Part shown: positions 29,656 through 39,000 of the stretch, piece after piece | Numbering within the stretch: position 1 is the first letter of the stretch | How the letters are laid out: every line of letters starts with the position of its first letter | Assembly (NCBI GenBank): GCA_964645535.1 | Contig: CAZYCQ010000014.1 | Coordinates: 1 to 54,986 of the forward strand | DNA: 54,986 nt | Source: an uncultured archaeon | Lineage (GTDB): Archaea > Asgardarchaeota > Heimdallarchaeia > Heimdallarchaeales > Kariarchaeaceae | Direction of reading: 5' to 3' | The notes under the pieces: model-generated | Databases searched by the model: none | What the model saw: the letters and a program-made list of their open reading frames with translations, nothing else | What the model was told of the DNA's origin: nothing | Position numbers and translations under genes: made by a program

Positions 29656-30012
29656 ATGGTAGACCTTGAAGGAACACCAAAAGTCATATTTGAAGAAATA
29701 ATGGATGAAATTGATGAAGAAATCAGAGATGCACTTGAATCCCTTTTGGCAGAACAAGTTCTTGCAGAAACCATCAGAAAAATCCAAGAAAATACCGCCA
29801 ACGATGTAGAAAGCATAATCAGGGAGCATTACTCTGAAGATATGAGAGGCGTGCACAAGCTTATTTTGGGAGAGAAGGCCTCAAGAGTGGTTGCAAAGGA
29901 AGCAAAAAAGGAATTGGTAAGCCTCACGGAACGTATCCTTCGCAATTCATTTGATCTTTTAGATGAATTGAGGAATGAGATCATTGGAGAAGTCTTTGAA
30001 GAAACCGAGTAG
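29656..30012 (+). CDS. Small, highly acidic alpha-helical hypothetical protein downstream of cphA
   Basis: About 118 aa, Glu/Asp-rich amphipathic helices; co-directional with cphA (start 29644 or 29656). Confidence 0.7.
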   Translation: MVDLEGTPKVIFEEIMDEIDEEIRDALESLLAEQVLAETIRKIQENTANDVESIIREHYSEDMRGVHKLILGEKASRVVAKEAKKELVSLTERILRNSFDLLDELRNEIIGEVFEETE

Positions 30013-30016
30013 TGTC

Positions 30017-30565
30017 CTATCCAAAGAAAGTCGATAATGATCCTTGGTTCGAATGCGATCGTTCCAATGCCAATAATTTTCTCTTTACATTGATTCCTCC
30101 GCCATATCCATGCAATTTTCCGTCTTTACCGACAACCCGATGGCAGGGGATGAGAATTGCAATGTTATTCGCACCATTGGCCGCCCCAACAGCTCGAATG
30201 CTCTTCGGAGTGCCACATTTGACAGCCAATTCGGAATATGTCATGGTTTCACCATAAGGAATGGTACAAAGCGTATCCCAAACTTTTTCTTGGAATGGAG
30301 ACCCTTTCAGCAGAATAGGAATTTCAAAATTTTTCCGTTTCCCTGAGAAGTATTCTATGATTTCTTTTTCTATTTGATCATGGAGCATAACTCTTTTTTC
30401 AATTATTTGGCTTTTCAACAGCTTTTCTTTCTTTTTGAGAATACTCGGCAATGATGTACGACCCTGATATTCAAGGAGACAACATTTCTCATTGAATTCC
30501 CCTACAACCATCAATCCGACAGGAGTTTGAATAGAATCGATGCGAATCAATAACTCAAATGTCAC
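30017..30565 (-). CDS. ogt: Methylated-DNA--protein-cysteine methyltransferase
   Basis: GSPFQEKVW, IPYGETMTYSELA, RAVGAANG, active site IPCHRV. Confidence 0.93.
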   Translation of the reverse strand: MTFELLIRIDSIQTPVGLMVVGEFNEKCCLLEYQGRTSLPSILKKKEKLLKSQIIEKRVMLHDQIEKEIIEYFSGKRKNFEIPILLKGSPFQEKVWDTLCTIPYGETMTYSELAVKCGTPKSIRAVGAANGANNIAILIPCHRVVGKDGKLHGYGGGINVKRKLLALERSHSNQGSLSTFFG

Positions 30566-30591
30566 TGAATTTTTTGAAAAGCATTTCTGTC

Positions 30592-32163
30592 CTATCCATA
30601 GGCCTGAATTATTTTCTTAACCAAATCAAGATATTCCCTGATCTCCGAATGTCGAAGCTCTTCTGCGATATTTGTGGTATTGAACGCTTTGACGAATAGT
30701 TCGGAGGCTTTGGCTTTTTGGATAAGGTCACGCTGTTCCTCCTTAACGGCTTCAATAAGAGTCGGAATTCCCCATTGAATCGCCTTTTCATATGCTTCGG
30801 AAATATATTCCTCCGCCATGGATGCATCATGCACAATTATTGAAAATCTTGCCTTAAGCAAGAGCAATTTGATTTCGAAGAATTTTGACGGGAAAGATTT
30901 TGAAAGGTCAAGCAAGGAAGAGAATGTTCTATTGATGTCTTTTAGGACATCTTCATTGAAGAAGATTAAAAGTTCAGTGATATACATGACCAATAGCTCA
31001 TACTGCGAATAAAGTTTCAAAATGAAGGGAAGATCATCAACATTCGCCAGATTTTGAAGGAGTCCCAATGCACGTGAAAAAGGGATCAATCGGTCTTGTG
31101 ACCGATATCTTAGGAATTTCCCAAATTCAAGATAAGGAACAAGTTGTTTGGTGTTTGGCTTTTGGCATAGAGTTTCAAGTTTCAAGTAATACATTTCCCC
31201 AAAATCAAAATCTTTGGTGGAATATCCCAATTCTAGAAGGCGGAAATAGATTTTACCGAGCTCAATTGGATTATTGGAGTGGGAGATCAAGTCCAAGGCC
31301 TTGAATAAATCTTGTTTGGCTTGTTCAATCTCACCAAACTGAAATTTCAACTTGGATCTCGCCTTATGGAGAAAGGCTTTTTCGATGAAATGACCTTCAA
31401 CCTTGCTGAACTGTTCCATTGCTTGATCAAAGGCAATGATGGCGTTGTCAAATTCACCGAATTCTTGAAAAAGACGTCCTTGTCTTGCAAACACCCTTCC
31501 AGAGTAGGAGTGCTGCTTTATCTCAGACAGCAAATCACCAGCCTCCTTCAATAAAGAGAGTGTCTCAATATATTGTCCATGGAAATATGTCCACTCTGAT
31601 TTTGAGATCAGAAAAATTGATCTGAGATATGCATTTGGATGAACATCCAATAACCCCAAGAACCGACGTTCCTGTTCGAAGAAAGCGTTTTCATTTTGCA
31701 CGTCCAAATATAATTCCATTAGAGTCACTCGAGCTTCCATTTCCAACAACCCAGAACAAACAATGGAATCATCTAGTTCCGCAACTTGAAGGTAAATCAT
31801 TTCTGCTTTCGAAAAATTTCCAATACTGTGGTAAGCAAAACCCATGGTAAGAGTGTTAAATAGAACCCAAAACAGGTCAATGGAAGAAGAGGAATCCAGA
31901 TTATCCAAAGAGGGAAGAGTTTTCGATTTTTTGATGACATCAATGAAATCACCAGATTTCCGATAATAACATCTTATTTTTGCAGCCTTGACCGGAATCG
32001 GGTCTGAGGGGAGGAGTTCAGAGCATTCATATCTTTCATTGATTTCATCCAAAAGGAAACGATATGCAAAGACAAGATTTTCAGGAATTGATCCAAGCAT
32101 GGTCTTTGCGGTTTCGAATTCTCCATCCGCGATGAGTTGAATAAATCTGGAATGAAAATCCAT
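30592..32163 (-). CDS. Tetratricopeptide repeat protein
   Basis: TPR-like units (MGFAYHSIGNFSKAEMIY; QGRLFQEFGEFDNAIIAFDQA; FQFGEIEQAKQDLFKAL). Confidence 0.75.
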   Translation of the reverse strand: MDFHSRFIQLIADGEFETAKTMLGSIPENLVFAYRFLLDEINERYECSELLPSDPIPVKAAKIRCYYRKSGDFIDVIKKSKTLPSLDNLDSSSSIDLFWVLFNTLTMGFAYHSIGNFSKAEMIYLQVAELDDSIVCSGLLEMEARVTLMELYLDVQNENAFFEQERRFLGLLDVHPNAYLRSIFLISKSEWTYFHGQYIETLSLLKEAGDLLSEIKQHSYSGRVFARQGRLFQEFGEFDNAIIAFDQAMEQFSKVEGHFIEKAFLHKARSKLKFQFGEIEQAKQDLFKALDLISHSNNPIELGKIYFRLLELGYSTKDFDFGEMYYLKLETLCQKPNTKQLVPYLEFGKFLRYRSQDRLIPFSRALGLLQNLANVDDLPFILKLYSQYELLVMYITELLIFFNEDVLKDINRTFSSLLDLSKSFPSKFFEIKLLLLKARFSIIVHDASMAEEYISEAYEKAIQWGIPTLIEAVKEEQRDLIQKAKASELFVKAFNTTNIAEELRHSEIREYLDLVKKIIQAYG

Positions 32164-32188
32164 TTTTCATCTTTTTTATCCTTTTGTC

Positions 32189-33751
32189 CTATTTACGTTT
32201 GTCTATGTCTATGTAAGAAAAGTAATGGGATGCAACGTTCCATGCAACAATATTTTCATCAATCCTTGCAATAGGCCATCGAAGCGGATGCTCTGAAAGG
32301 GAGACCCGTAATCCCTTGATGCTGGCTTGAGGATTTAAAAGAACTGGGAAACGAATGGCTTTTTTGTTTCCTTCAACTTGAACATGCACCCCTATTTCAG
32401 AAAAAGATGTTGTTGGCAGAACTGCGACTCCCTTAACAAGGTGAATTTTCCCAACCTCTTGTTTCAGATACTCAATCAATTGCGTAAAACGCTGAATTCG
32501 AGCTTGTGTTACTTCTTTATTTTGGGTAAATGAAAATGCCTTTTGGAATTCCCCGGCTAAAAGGGCATTGACCCATTGTTCGGCTGTCGAGACATATGTA
32601 TCTTGGTTAGGAATTGAGTGTGGATACAATTCTGAAAATGATTCGAGATCAGGGGCAACTATCCACCATCGTCGGATACGATCCTTGGAAATAACCAAAC
32701 CATTGGACAATCTTTGAGGCTTTAAGTTGGATCCAAGTGGTTTAATGCCTTCAGGGATTTCTATATTTTCTCCAGCAAGAATCTTTTCAACTGCGTCTTC
32801 GGTAGCAAAAGCCCATCCTTGACCATTGTCTATCAAATTTGACATGAGGATTGTATAGAGATTTTTTTCAGGGTAGTATTTCGCAACGGCATTGACACCC
32901 AAAGTGCTTCCTCCATTATGGGTTACCATCAAGCCCAAGGGAGATTGTTCTATTACCCATCCATATCCATAATTTTCCAATCCAGGAGTCAACATCAATT
33001 TTCGAGAATTGGAATCAAGAAAATCACTTTCAAAAATGGCATGCATCCAAACATAGAGGGAACGAGCACTTAGACAAATGCCCCCATTACCAAGGATTGC
33101 CCAGTAAGGTCTTGTTCCTGAACCGGGCCATGAATAGGGACCACCTGTATTTTCCCCATCCAAATAGTAGGTAACCGAATTTTCTTTTGTCCATTTCCTG
33201 TCGGAAAACCAACCTGCATTATCTATCCCTAATGGGAGGAATAAACGTTTCAAGACGAAGTCACGAAAATCTTCTCCCGTTATGCTTTCGATTATCATCG
33301 CCAAGAGGGAATATCCAGAATTGGAATAGGAATATGAAGAACCAGGTTCAAAACCTAGTGGACTAGAAAACACCAAATCAAGAAATTTTTCCTTTGGCAC
33401 GTATTCAAAATCATCAATGGGGACATCAGAAATTCCAGAGGTATGAGTAAGAAGATGGTGAATTGTCACTTGAGAAAATTCCACGGGAATGCCGTCAAAA
33501 TATTCGGTGATAGGATCTGAAACAGAGAGAGAGCCTTGCTCACCCAATTTGAGGATTCCGACAGCAGTAACCTGTTTAGAAATTGAACCAATGCTCATTA
33601 CAATTTCAGGGGAATTTGGGATTGCATCTTCATAGTTTGCATATCCGATTGCCCTTTCGAATTTGATTTCTTCTCCTTTAGCGATTAAGGAAGTTATAGT
33701 CCCTCCAAATTTATCGATGGTTTCAAAATATCTTTCCAATTGGTTAATCAT
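32189..33751 (-). CDS. Serine hydrolase, beta-lactamase/AmpC-like family
   Basis: SISK (SxxK), LLTHTSG, YSYSN, HNGG. A GGTGGTG SD places the start at 33751. Confidence 0.9.
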   Translation of the reverse strand: MINQLERYFETIDKFGGTITSLIAKGEEIKFERAIGYANYEDAIPNSPEIVMSIGSISKQVTAVGILKLGEQGSLSVSDPITEYFDGIPVEFSQVTIHHLLTHTSGISDVPIDDFEYVPKEKFLDLVFSSPLGFEPGSSYSYSNSGYSLLAMIIESITGEDFRDFVLKRLFLPLGIDNAGWFSDRKWTKENSVTYYLDGENTGGPYSWPGSGTRPYWAILGNGGICLSARSLYVWMHAIFESDFLDSNSRKLMLTPGLENYGYGWVIEQSPLGLMVTHNGGSTLGVNAVAKYYPEKNLYTILMSNLIDNGQGWAFATEDAVEKILAGENIEIPEGIKPLGSNLKPQRLSNGLVISKDRIRRWWIVAPDLESFSELYPHSIPNQDTYVSTAEQWVNALLAGEFQKAFSFTQNKEVTQARIQRFTQLIEYLKQEVGKIHLVKGVAVLPTTSFSEIGVHVQVEGNKKAIRFPVLLNPQASIKGLRVSLSEHPLRWPIARIDENIVAWNVASHYFSYIDIDKRK

Positions 33752-33761
33752 AGCACCACCA

Positions 33762-33800
33762 GTATCATGGTAAGATACCATGGGTATCATGACAAGATAC
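33762..33800. promoter_or_regulatory. Tandem palindromic operator: two GTATC-N7-GATAC boxes
   Basis: GTATCATGGTAAGATAC (33762-33778) and GTATCATGACAAGATAC (33784-33800), 22 bp apart, between the divergent hydrolase and wHTH regulator genes. Confidence 0.75.
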
Positions 33801-33827
33801 TTATACTTTGTGATCGGTGATTGATCA

Positions 33828-34442
33828 ATGGACTTTCAGGAAAGGATTGAATACATGCTGAAGATCATAGATTCCTTCCGATGGGATTCTTGTGCAGAGA
33901 TATTGGTATATCTTGCTTTGCGAGGGAGCATGAGTGCAAATCAACTGAAAAGACATCTTGGCATGAAAGGGGAGAAGTCCATCTATAAGCCTTTGAAAGC
34001 CCTATTGGAAGGGGGATTCATCAAGAAGAAAGAAGGAGATAAACCGGAATACTATCTATCGGGTCAATATATCCATGATCCTGAATTCGATAAAGATTTC
34101 TTGGAATATCTTCTGGAATCCGGAAATTTTGAGGTACTTTCAGACTACTTTGAAGCAACAAACAGGATTTCACGGGTATTTCTTAGATTGACAGATCGAT
34201 TGATCTCTGAAAAGGTGAAAAGCACCAAGGATGTGGCAATTGCACAAAAGTTCCTTGAAGGATCAGTATTTTATGAAAATCTAATTTCGATCGACAACCC
34301 AGAAACATTGGGGAAGAAGATACAGAATCTTATTGAAAAAGAGGTGGCCAAGCATGTGCCCCCTCCTGAATTTTGGGAACAAAAAGTCCCATTACCGAAT
34401 CCTGCTGCCATCTACATTGCCTTTATTCCACTACCGGAATAA
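33828..34442 (+). CDS. Winged-helix transcriptional regulator (ArsR/TrmB-like N-terminus)
   Basis: ILVYLALRGSMSANQLKRHLG...SIYKPLKALLEGGFI...YYL. Confidence 0.75.
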   Translation: MDFQERIEYMLKIIDSFRWDSCAEILVYLALRGSMSANQLKRHLGMKGEKSIYKPLKALLEGGFIKKKEGDKPEYYLSGQYIHDPEFDKDFLEYLLESGNFEVLSDYFEATNRISRVFLRLTDRLISEKVKSTKDVAIAQKFLEGSVFYENLISIDNPETLGKKIQNLIEKEVAKHVPPPEFWEQKVPLPNPAAIYIAFIPLPE

Positions 34443-34502
34443 AATTTCGAAAATATTCCTCGATCATCATGTTTTAATTTCTTGCTCCAAAATCAAATCC
34501 GT

Positions 34503-35030
34503 ATGGAACTAGGAGATCAGATAATTGATTTCAGACTGAAAGGAACAGACGGGGAATTCCATTCCCTCAAAGAATATGCAGACAAGAAAGTGATTGCAGT
34601 GGTATTCAGTTGCAATCATTGCCCGTATGTTATTGCCAGTGAAAGGGAGTTGGTGGCACTTCAATCGGAATTTGGCCCGAAAGGTTTCCAACTGATTGCA
34701 ATCAATTCTAATGAAGACAAGAATTATCCTCAGGACAGTTTCGAAGAGATGGTCAGACGTGCAAAGGAGAAAGGGTTCAACTTTCCCTATTTAAGGGATG
34801 AGACACAGGAAGTAGCAAAGGCATATGGAGCAGGAAGAACACCCGAATTCTTCATTTTCGATGAACATCACAAGTTGCGTTATCATGGCCGCATAAATGA
34901 CAACCCTCGTGAACATGACAAAATCACCAGACATGATGCCCGAGAAGCAATTGCGGCATTGCTCGAAGGACGAGATATAGAGGTACCGATAACAAATCCC
35001 ATAGGATGCTCCATCAAATGGTGGAGTTAG
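34503..35030 (+). CDS. Thioredoxin-fold AhpC/TSA-like protein
   Basis: FSCNHCPYV, AINSN, FPYLRDETQEVAKAYGA-x-RTPEFF, GCSIKW. Confidence 0.92.
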   Translation: MELGDQIIDFRLKGTDGEFHSLKEYADKKVIAVVFSCNHCPYVIASERELVALQSEFGPKGFQLIAINSNEDKNYPQDSFEEMVRRAKEKGFNFPYLRDETQEVAKAYGAGRTPEFFIFDEHHKLRYHGRINDNPREHDKITRHDAREAIAALLEGRDIEVPITNPIGCSIKWWS

Positions 35031-35255
35031 ATCTCTCCTTTGTTCCGGAAGCTAGTCCTTTGTTTATTCTTTCTTGAATGGATTTAAATGTCCACCAGCC
35101 ATTATCAGAACGTGAAAAACAAAAAATTCAGATGGTATGACCTCCGTACCTGACATTGGTTTCATTTTCTCGAATCGCTAAGTATATTCTTTTACATAGG
35201 TCTTCTTGTTCTGTCTTACAGAACTAATGAAGCAATATATGGTCACACCTTCAAA

Positions 35256-36305
35256 ATGTGGGTTACCCATTTTACACGATCTTTTGTTGCAGCCATACTC
35301 CTTTATCTTGCAATGGTGCAAGTATTGGGGAGGGAAGACTACTTTTCAAAATTCATAGTCCATCTTGCAAATATGATTGTTTTTGCAATGACATTTGGTT
35401 TGATAATGCCCAGCATCGGCATTAATAATTCCATTGGTTTTGAGCCAGAACCCATGAGCCAGTATATTCCACTGGTAATTCTGTCTGTTCTGATCTACAT
35501 TGGAAGTTTCTATGCCATTATGAGTTTAACGGATCCGTATTTGAACCCTATAAGGGAGCTAAATGCAAATCTGGAAAAAAGAAAATTCAAAGCGGAGTTT
35601 TCTGAAGAAATATTGAAAGATTCCTTTTTTGGACCGATCTATCACCTCCTTCAAGAAATGCTTCGTGGTATGGAATTGTTGATTAGTGAAGCATCAAAAG
35701 TGGTGAACACAATAGAGGTTTCTTCAGAAAGCCTTGCAAAAGAGACTCAGGAAATTGCCAGCATCATTGAGGAGGTAGCTTCCACCTCAGATTCTGCAAG
35801 TCAAGCCGCAAATACACAAGCAATACAGATATCTGAGCTGTTAGAAGAGGTAATGCAGAGTTCTTCGAGAATTGGAAAGGTTGTTGAAGATATCAGTTTG
35901 GCAACAGATGCAGTTAGAGAAGTTTCCATTCAAACAAGCATAATTGCACTCAATGCAGCAGTGGAGGCATCAAAAGCAGGAGAAGCCGGCAAAGGCTTTG
36001 CAGTGGTTGCAGATGATATACGAAGATTGTCAGAAGAATCAAGAAAATCGGTCGATACCATCAGTGAAATATCGTCAAATATTATGAAGGAATTGGATAG
36101 CCTTTTTGTCCGAATTCAGGAAAAGGTAGAAAATGTTGCAACTATATCTGAAGAGACAGCCGCATCATCGGAGGAGATATCAGCATCTGCACATGAGATA
36201 AAGACAACAATTGAAAGAATTGCACAAGATACAAGAAAATTGTCTGATGAAACTGAGAGACTGAATACGGCGATGAAATCACTGCTTTTGCAATCTATGG
36301 ACTGA
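35256..36305 (+). CDS. Methyl-accepting chemotaxis protein (possibly extends to ATG 35088 through an in-frame TGA)
   Basis: MCP hairpin tip QTSIIALNAAVEASKAGEAGKGFAVVADDIRRLSE; N-terminal TM helices. Confidence 0.9.
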   Translation: MWVTHFTRSFVAAILLYLAMVQVLGREDYFSKFIVHLANMIVFAMTFGLIMPSIGINNSIGFEPEPMSQYIPLVILSVLIYIGSFYAIMSLTDPYLNPIRELNANLEKRKFKAEFSEEILKDSFFGPIYHLLQEMLRGMELLISEASKVVNTIEVSSESLAKETQEIASIIEEVASTSDSASQAANTQAIQISELLEEVMQSSSRIGKVVEDISLATDAVREVSIQTSIIALNAAVEASKAGEAGKGFAVVADDIRRLSEESRKSVDTISEISSNIMKELDSLFVRIQEKVENVATISEETAASSEEISASAHEIKTTIERIAQDTRKLSDETERLNTAMKSLLLQSMD

Positions 36306-36326
36306 TTTATCAGATAGGGATTTCAT

Positions 36327-37223
36327 TTGCAAATGTTAAAGAGAAACATCGGCAACAATCAACCTGTGAGAAAACGGTCAAAATTGATTTCATTGCTGTA
36401 TTTGGCCAGAGTGTTTGAATCTTCATTGATTGCGGTAACAGGATCCATAGAGTTAGTGATGTTGGGAGAGAAGAATTTGGAAAGATTGGCCATCATGATT
36501 CTTGGGGCATTTTTTATGATGACAGGAATTTATGCGTGGAATGACGTATTGGATATCGGTGAAGATACAGTCAGTCATCCGGAAAGGCCAATTCCAAGAA
36601 AGGAGATCACGATCCATGAAGCAAAAATAATTGGAACTGTTTCATTATTGATATCCCTGACGTTCTTTCTGTTTTTGGGTTTCGAGTACATTATTCTGTC
36701 AGCATTGGGGGCCTTCGTAGGAATAGCCTACTCAAGGACTACGAAACAAATCACTTTCGGAAAAACATTGACTGTGCTTTTTACTGCGATTGTCGGAGCA
36801 TTCAGTGTAGCCTATGTGGAAAGGAGGGAGATCCCAGTCACAATTATTGCATTCTCGTTTTCAATTGTGCTACTTCTGCTGGGCTATGAAATCATGAAAG
36901 ATATGAGAGATGTCAGAGGGGATGCTGAAGTGGGCATTCGGACAATCCCAATGATTTTGGGGGCAGAAAAGGCGACCATCCTTGCAGGAAGTGCATTTGT
37001 TGTCTCGTGTCTTGGAATTGGAGCATTTTTTTTGCAGATCGGATTGAATTTCGAAGGAGTGATTTCATTTATTACCGGCATTATCATAATTCCCAGCTTC
37101 GTTTGGCTTTATCAAAAACCAAGTGAAAGAACAATTGATGTTGTCAGACTTTTTGCAATTGGAGCAATTGGACTCTCCCTGAATGCAGTAGCGGTTTCGA
37201 TCTATTTCAGGTCGGCATTATGA
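36327..37223 (+). CDS. UbiA prenyltransferase, DGGGP-synthase-like
   Basis: NDVLDIGED...HPERPIP, YS, EIMKDMRDVRGD...GIRTIP; multiple TMs. Confidence 0.85.
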   Translation: MQMLKRNIGNNQPVRKRSKLISLLYLARVFESSLIAVTGSIELVMLGEKNLERLAIMILGAFFMMTGIYAWNDVLDIGEDTVSHPERPIPRKEITIHEAKIIGTVSLLISLTFFLFLGFEYIILSALGAFVGIAYSRTTKQITFGKTLTVLFTAIVGAFSVAYVERREIPVTIIAFSFSIVLLLLGYEIMKDMRDVRGDAEVGIRTIPMILGAEKATILAGSAFVVSCLGIGAFFLQIGLNFEGVISFITGIIIIPSFVWLYQKPSERTIDVVRLFAIGAIGLSLNAVAVSIYFRSAL

Positions 37224-38583
37224 ACATAAATCGTTCAAACCGTTTTTTGACGAAGGGATCAAAGAATTCAGCATATTCAGTAAGGGAAACCAATCTGTTC
37301 TCAAATTTTCTGAAGAAATCGGCAACCAGGATGTCTGCCATGAATCCCTGCATTTCCTGCCGAAGCTCGACAGTCTCCCGATCTGCGATCACGAACAGGG
37401 AAAGTTCTTTTTCAGTTTCAATTAGAACAGTCTGAGAACCATGTTGGATTTGTTTGATGTCTTCAGATTCATTGAGGGTTTCTTTCATGGATGTGGAAAC
37501 CGCAGAAATCAGGGCAGAAATCATTACTTGACCATCCTTACTATAGATATTCGTACTCCTTTTATCGTTTTCAAGGGTTTTGGTTGACTTGGAATAGATC
37601 ATAGTCCCATTCCAAATGAGGAGCAGAACGTCGACAGTGGGTCTGAAAGCAATGTCACAGTAATTGAGAAAGGTGTTTGCACATTCCAAGAGTTGGTTTG
37701 ACGATAGTTTACTGGTCTTTAGCAACTCGAGAACTTCAATGGTTTCAATCTCATCCGGAGTGAGATTTCGGGTTCTAGATAACACCTTTATTATTTTTTG
37801 GACAATTTGGGAAATTTCAGGAGTGAGCCGCTGTTTCGCTCGAAGAAGGAGAGACATTGCCCTGAGGGAATTGATAATGAAGTTCTTGGTGCCTACATCA
37901 TTTGATTGCCAAGAAAGCGCCTCAGCACCATTAAGGTATGCCATTGCCAATTTATAACCTGAAAATTCGAGGATACGTTCAAAAGCGATTTTCCATGGCA
38001 AGGATGATTCTTCAGCCATTGAGTGGCCTAGAACAGCCATTTCGAAAACACTGTTTATATCCTCTAGTAATTCAAATAATTCAATTGAATCATAGATGCC
38101 CCTCAATTGAAAATTCTGGTCAATATTGAATGTTTTTCCTATGGAAATCATGCTTTTGTAGAGATCAATGGCAGTCTGGTAGACTTTTTTTTCAACAAAA
38201 ATCCGTGCCATAATCGTCAATATTCCATAGATTTGGGAATAATGATCCTTGGTGAGATCCGCCCGTTGAAACACATCGTTAATGAAATTTTTTATGGTTG
38301 CCAAGATTTCGAACAGGAACATGTCATCCTTGCAATTTAAGATGATAAATTCCAGATTGGCGAGTTTCCATTCAATCGTCATCCAATTGTTCTCAATTTC
38401 AACCAATTGGGTAGCGAAGTCAAGAAGGGCACCATCATTATTCTGGGTTGCAACCTGCCTGATGATTTCCTCCATTGCCACTCGTCTACTATCAGGACTG
38501 CCATGATTTTTTTCAATTGCTTCAATGATCTGCTGCGGGCTGGAATGAAACATACGTGCGATTAGTTTTCCTTTCTTATTCAT
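37207..38583 (-). CDS. Alpha-helical repeat protein with C-terminal longin-like domain
   Basis: Helical N-terminal region; C-terminal LLLIWNGTMIYS...MISALISAVSTSMKETL...IKQIQHGSQTVLIE...LFVIADRET, a pattern typical of Asgard longin domains. Confidence 0.7.
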   Translation of the reverse strand: MNKKGKLIARMFHSSPQQIIEAIEKNHGSPDSRRVAMEEIIRQVATQNNDGALLDFATQLVEIENNWMTIEWKLANLEFIILNCKDDMFLFEILATIKNFINDVFQRADLTKDHYSQIYGILTIMARIFVEKKVYQTAIDLYKSMISIGKTFNIDQNFQLRGIYDSIELFELLEDINSVFEMAVLGHSMAEESSLPWKIAFERILEFSGYKLAMAYLNGAEALSWQSNDVGTKNFIINSLRAMSLLLRAKQRLTPEISQIVQKIIKVLSRTRNLTPDEIETIEVLELLKTSKLSSNQLLECANTFLNYCDIAFRPTVDVLLLIWNGTMIYSKSTKTLENDKRSTNIYSKDGQVMISALISAVSTSMKETLNESEDIKQIQHGSQTVLIETEKELSLFVIADRETVELRQEMQGFMADILVADFFRKFENRLVSLTEYAEFFDPFVKKRFERFMFIMPT

Positions 38584-38616
38584 CTTAAATTTTTTGTATA
38601 TGAATCCCTTCGTTTT

Positions 38617-38931
38617 CTATGGGGGCCAACATCTGATCTCGTTTTCTGCAAATCTTAGTTGTGCGGCCAGCTCGCTATCAAACAATCCCCTATCAATTAA
38701 TTGTTCCCAAAGATTGTAACCTCCTTCTGCTTCGAGCGGAATATCATAATGGGTTCCATCATCAAGGTAAATTCGGATTACATCAACCGAATAGATATCT
38801 GTTGCCTTGAAACAGACCTTTGTTATTTGTTTCCATGAAAATGATGCATCCCAATGGTCATTGTCGGGTCGATTAACAGATAAATGAACTCCATCTTCTG
38901 CAAGACTACAGCAAAACCAAGGGATGGACAT
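38617..38931 (-). CDS. Small hypothetical protein (PH-like beta-rich fold possible)
   Basis: FSWKQITKVCF...IRIYL...IPLEAEGG-x2-LW-x2-L pattern. Confidence 0.6.
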   Translation of the reverse strand: MSIPWFCCSLAEDGVHLSVNRPDNDHWDASFSWKQITKVCFKATDIYSVDVIRIYLDDGTHYDIPLEAEGGYNLWEQLIDRGLFDSELAAQLRFAENEIRCWPP

Positions 38932-39000
38932 TATTTCATGGTTCTATCACAGATTGAAAAGTCTAACGTCCATTTTTCGGCGGAGGTATATTTGAGGAAA

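Noticed and set aside
33752-33790. Upstream starts for the serine hydrolase
   Set aside because: They fall inside the operator palindromes; the SD supports 33751.
35151-35153. Genome-wide UGA recoding or selenocysteine
   Set aside because: TGA clearly terminates many genes (ATGA overlaps); the context is not a redox motif and no SECIS is evident.
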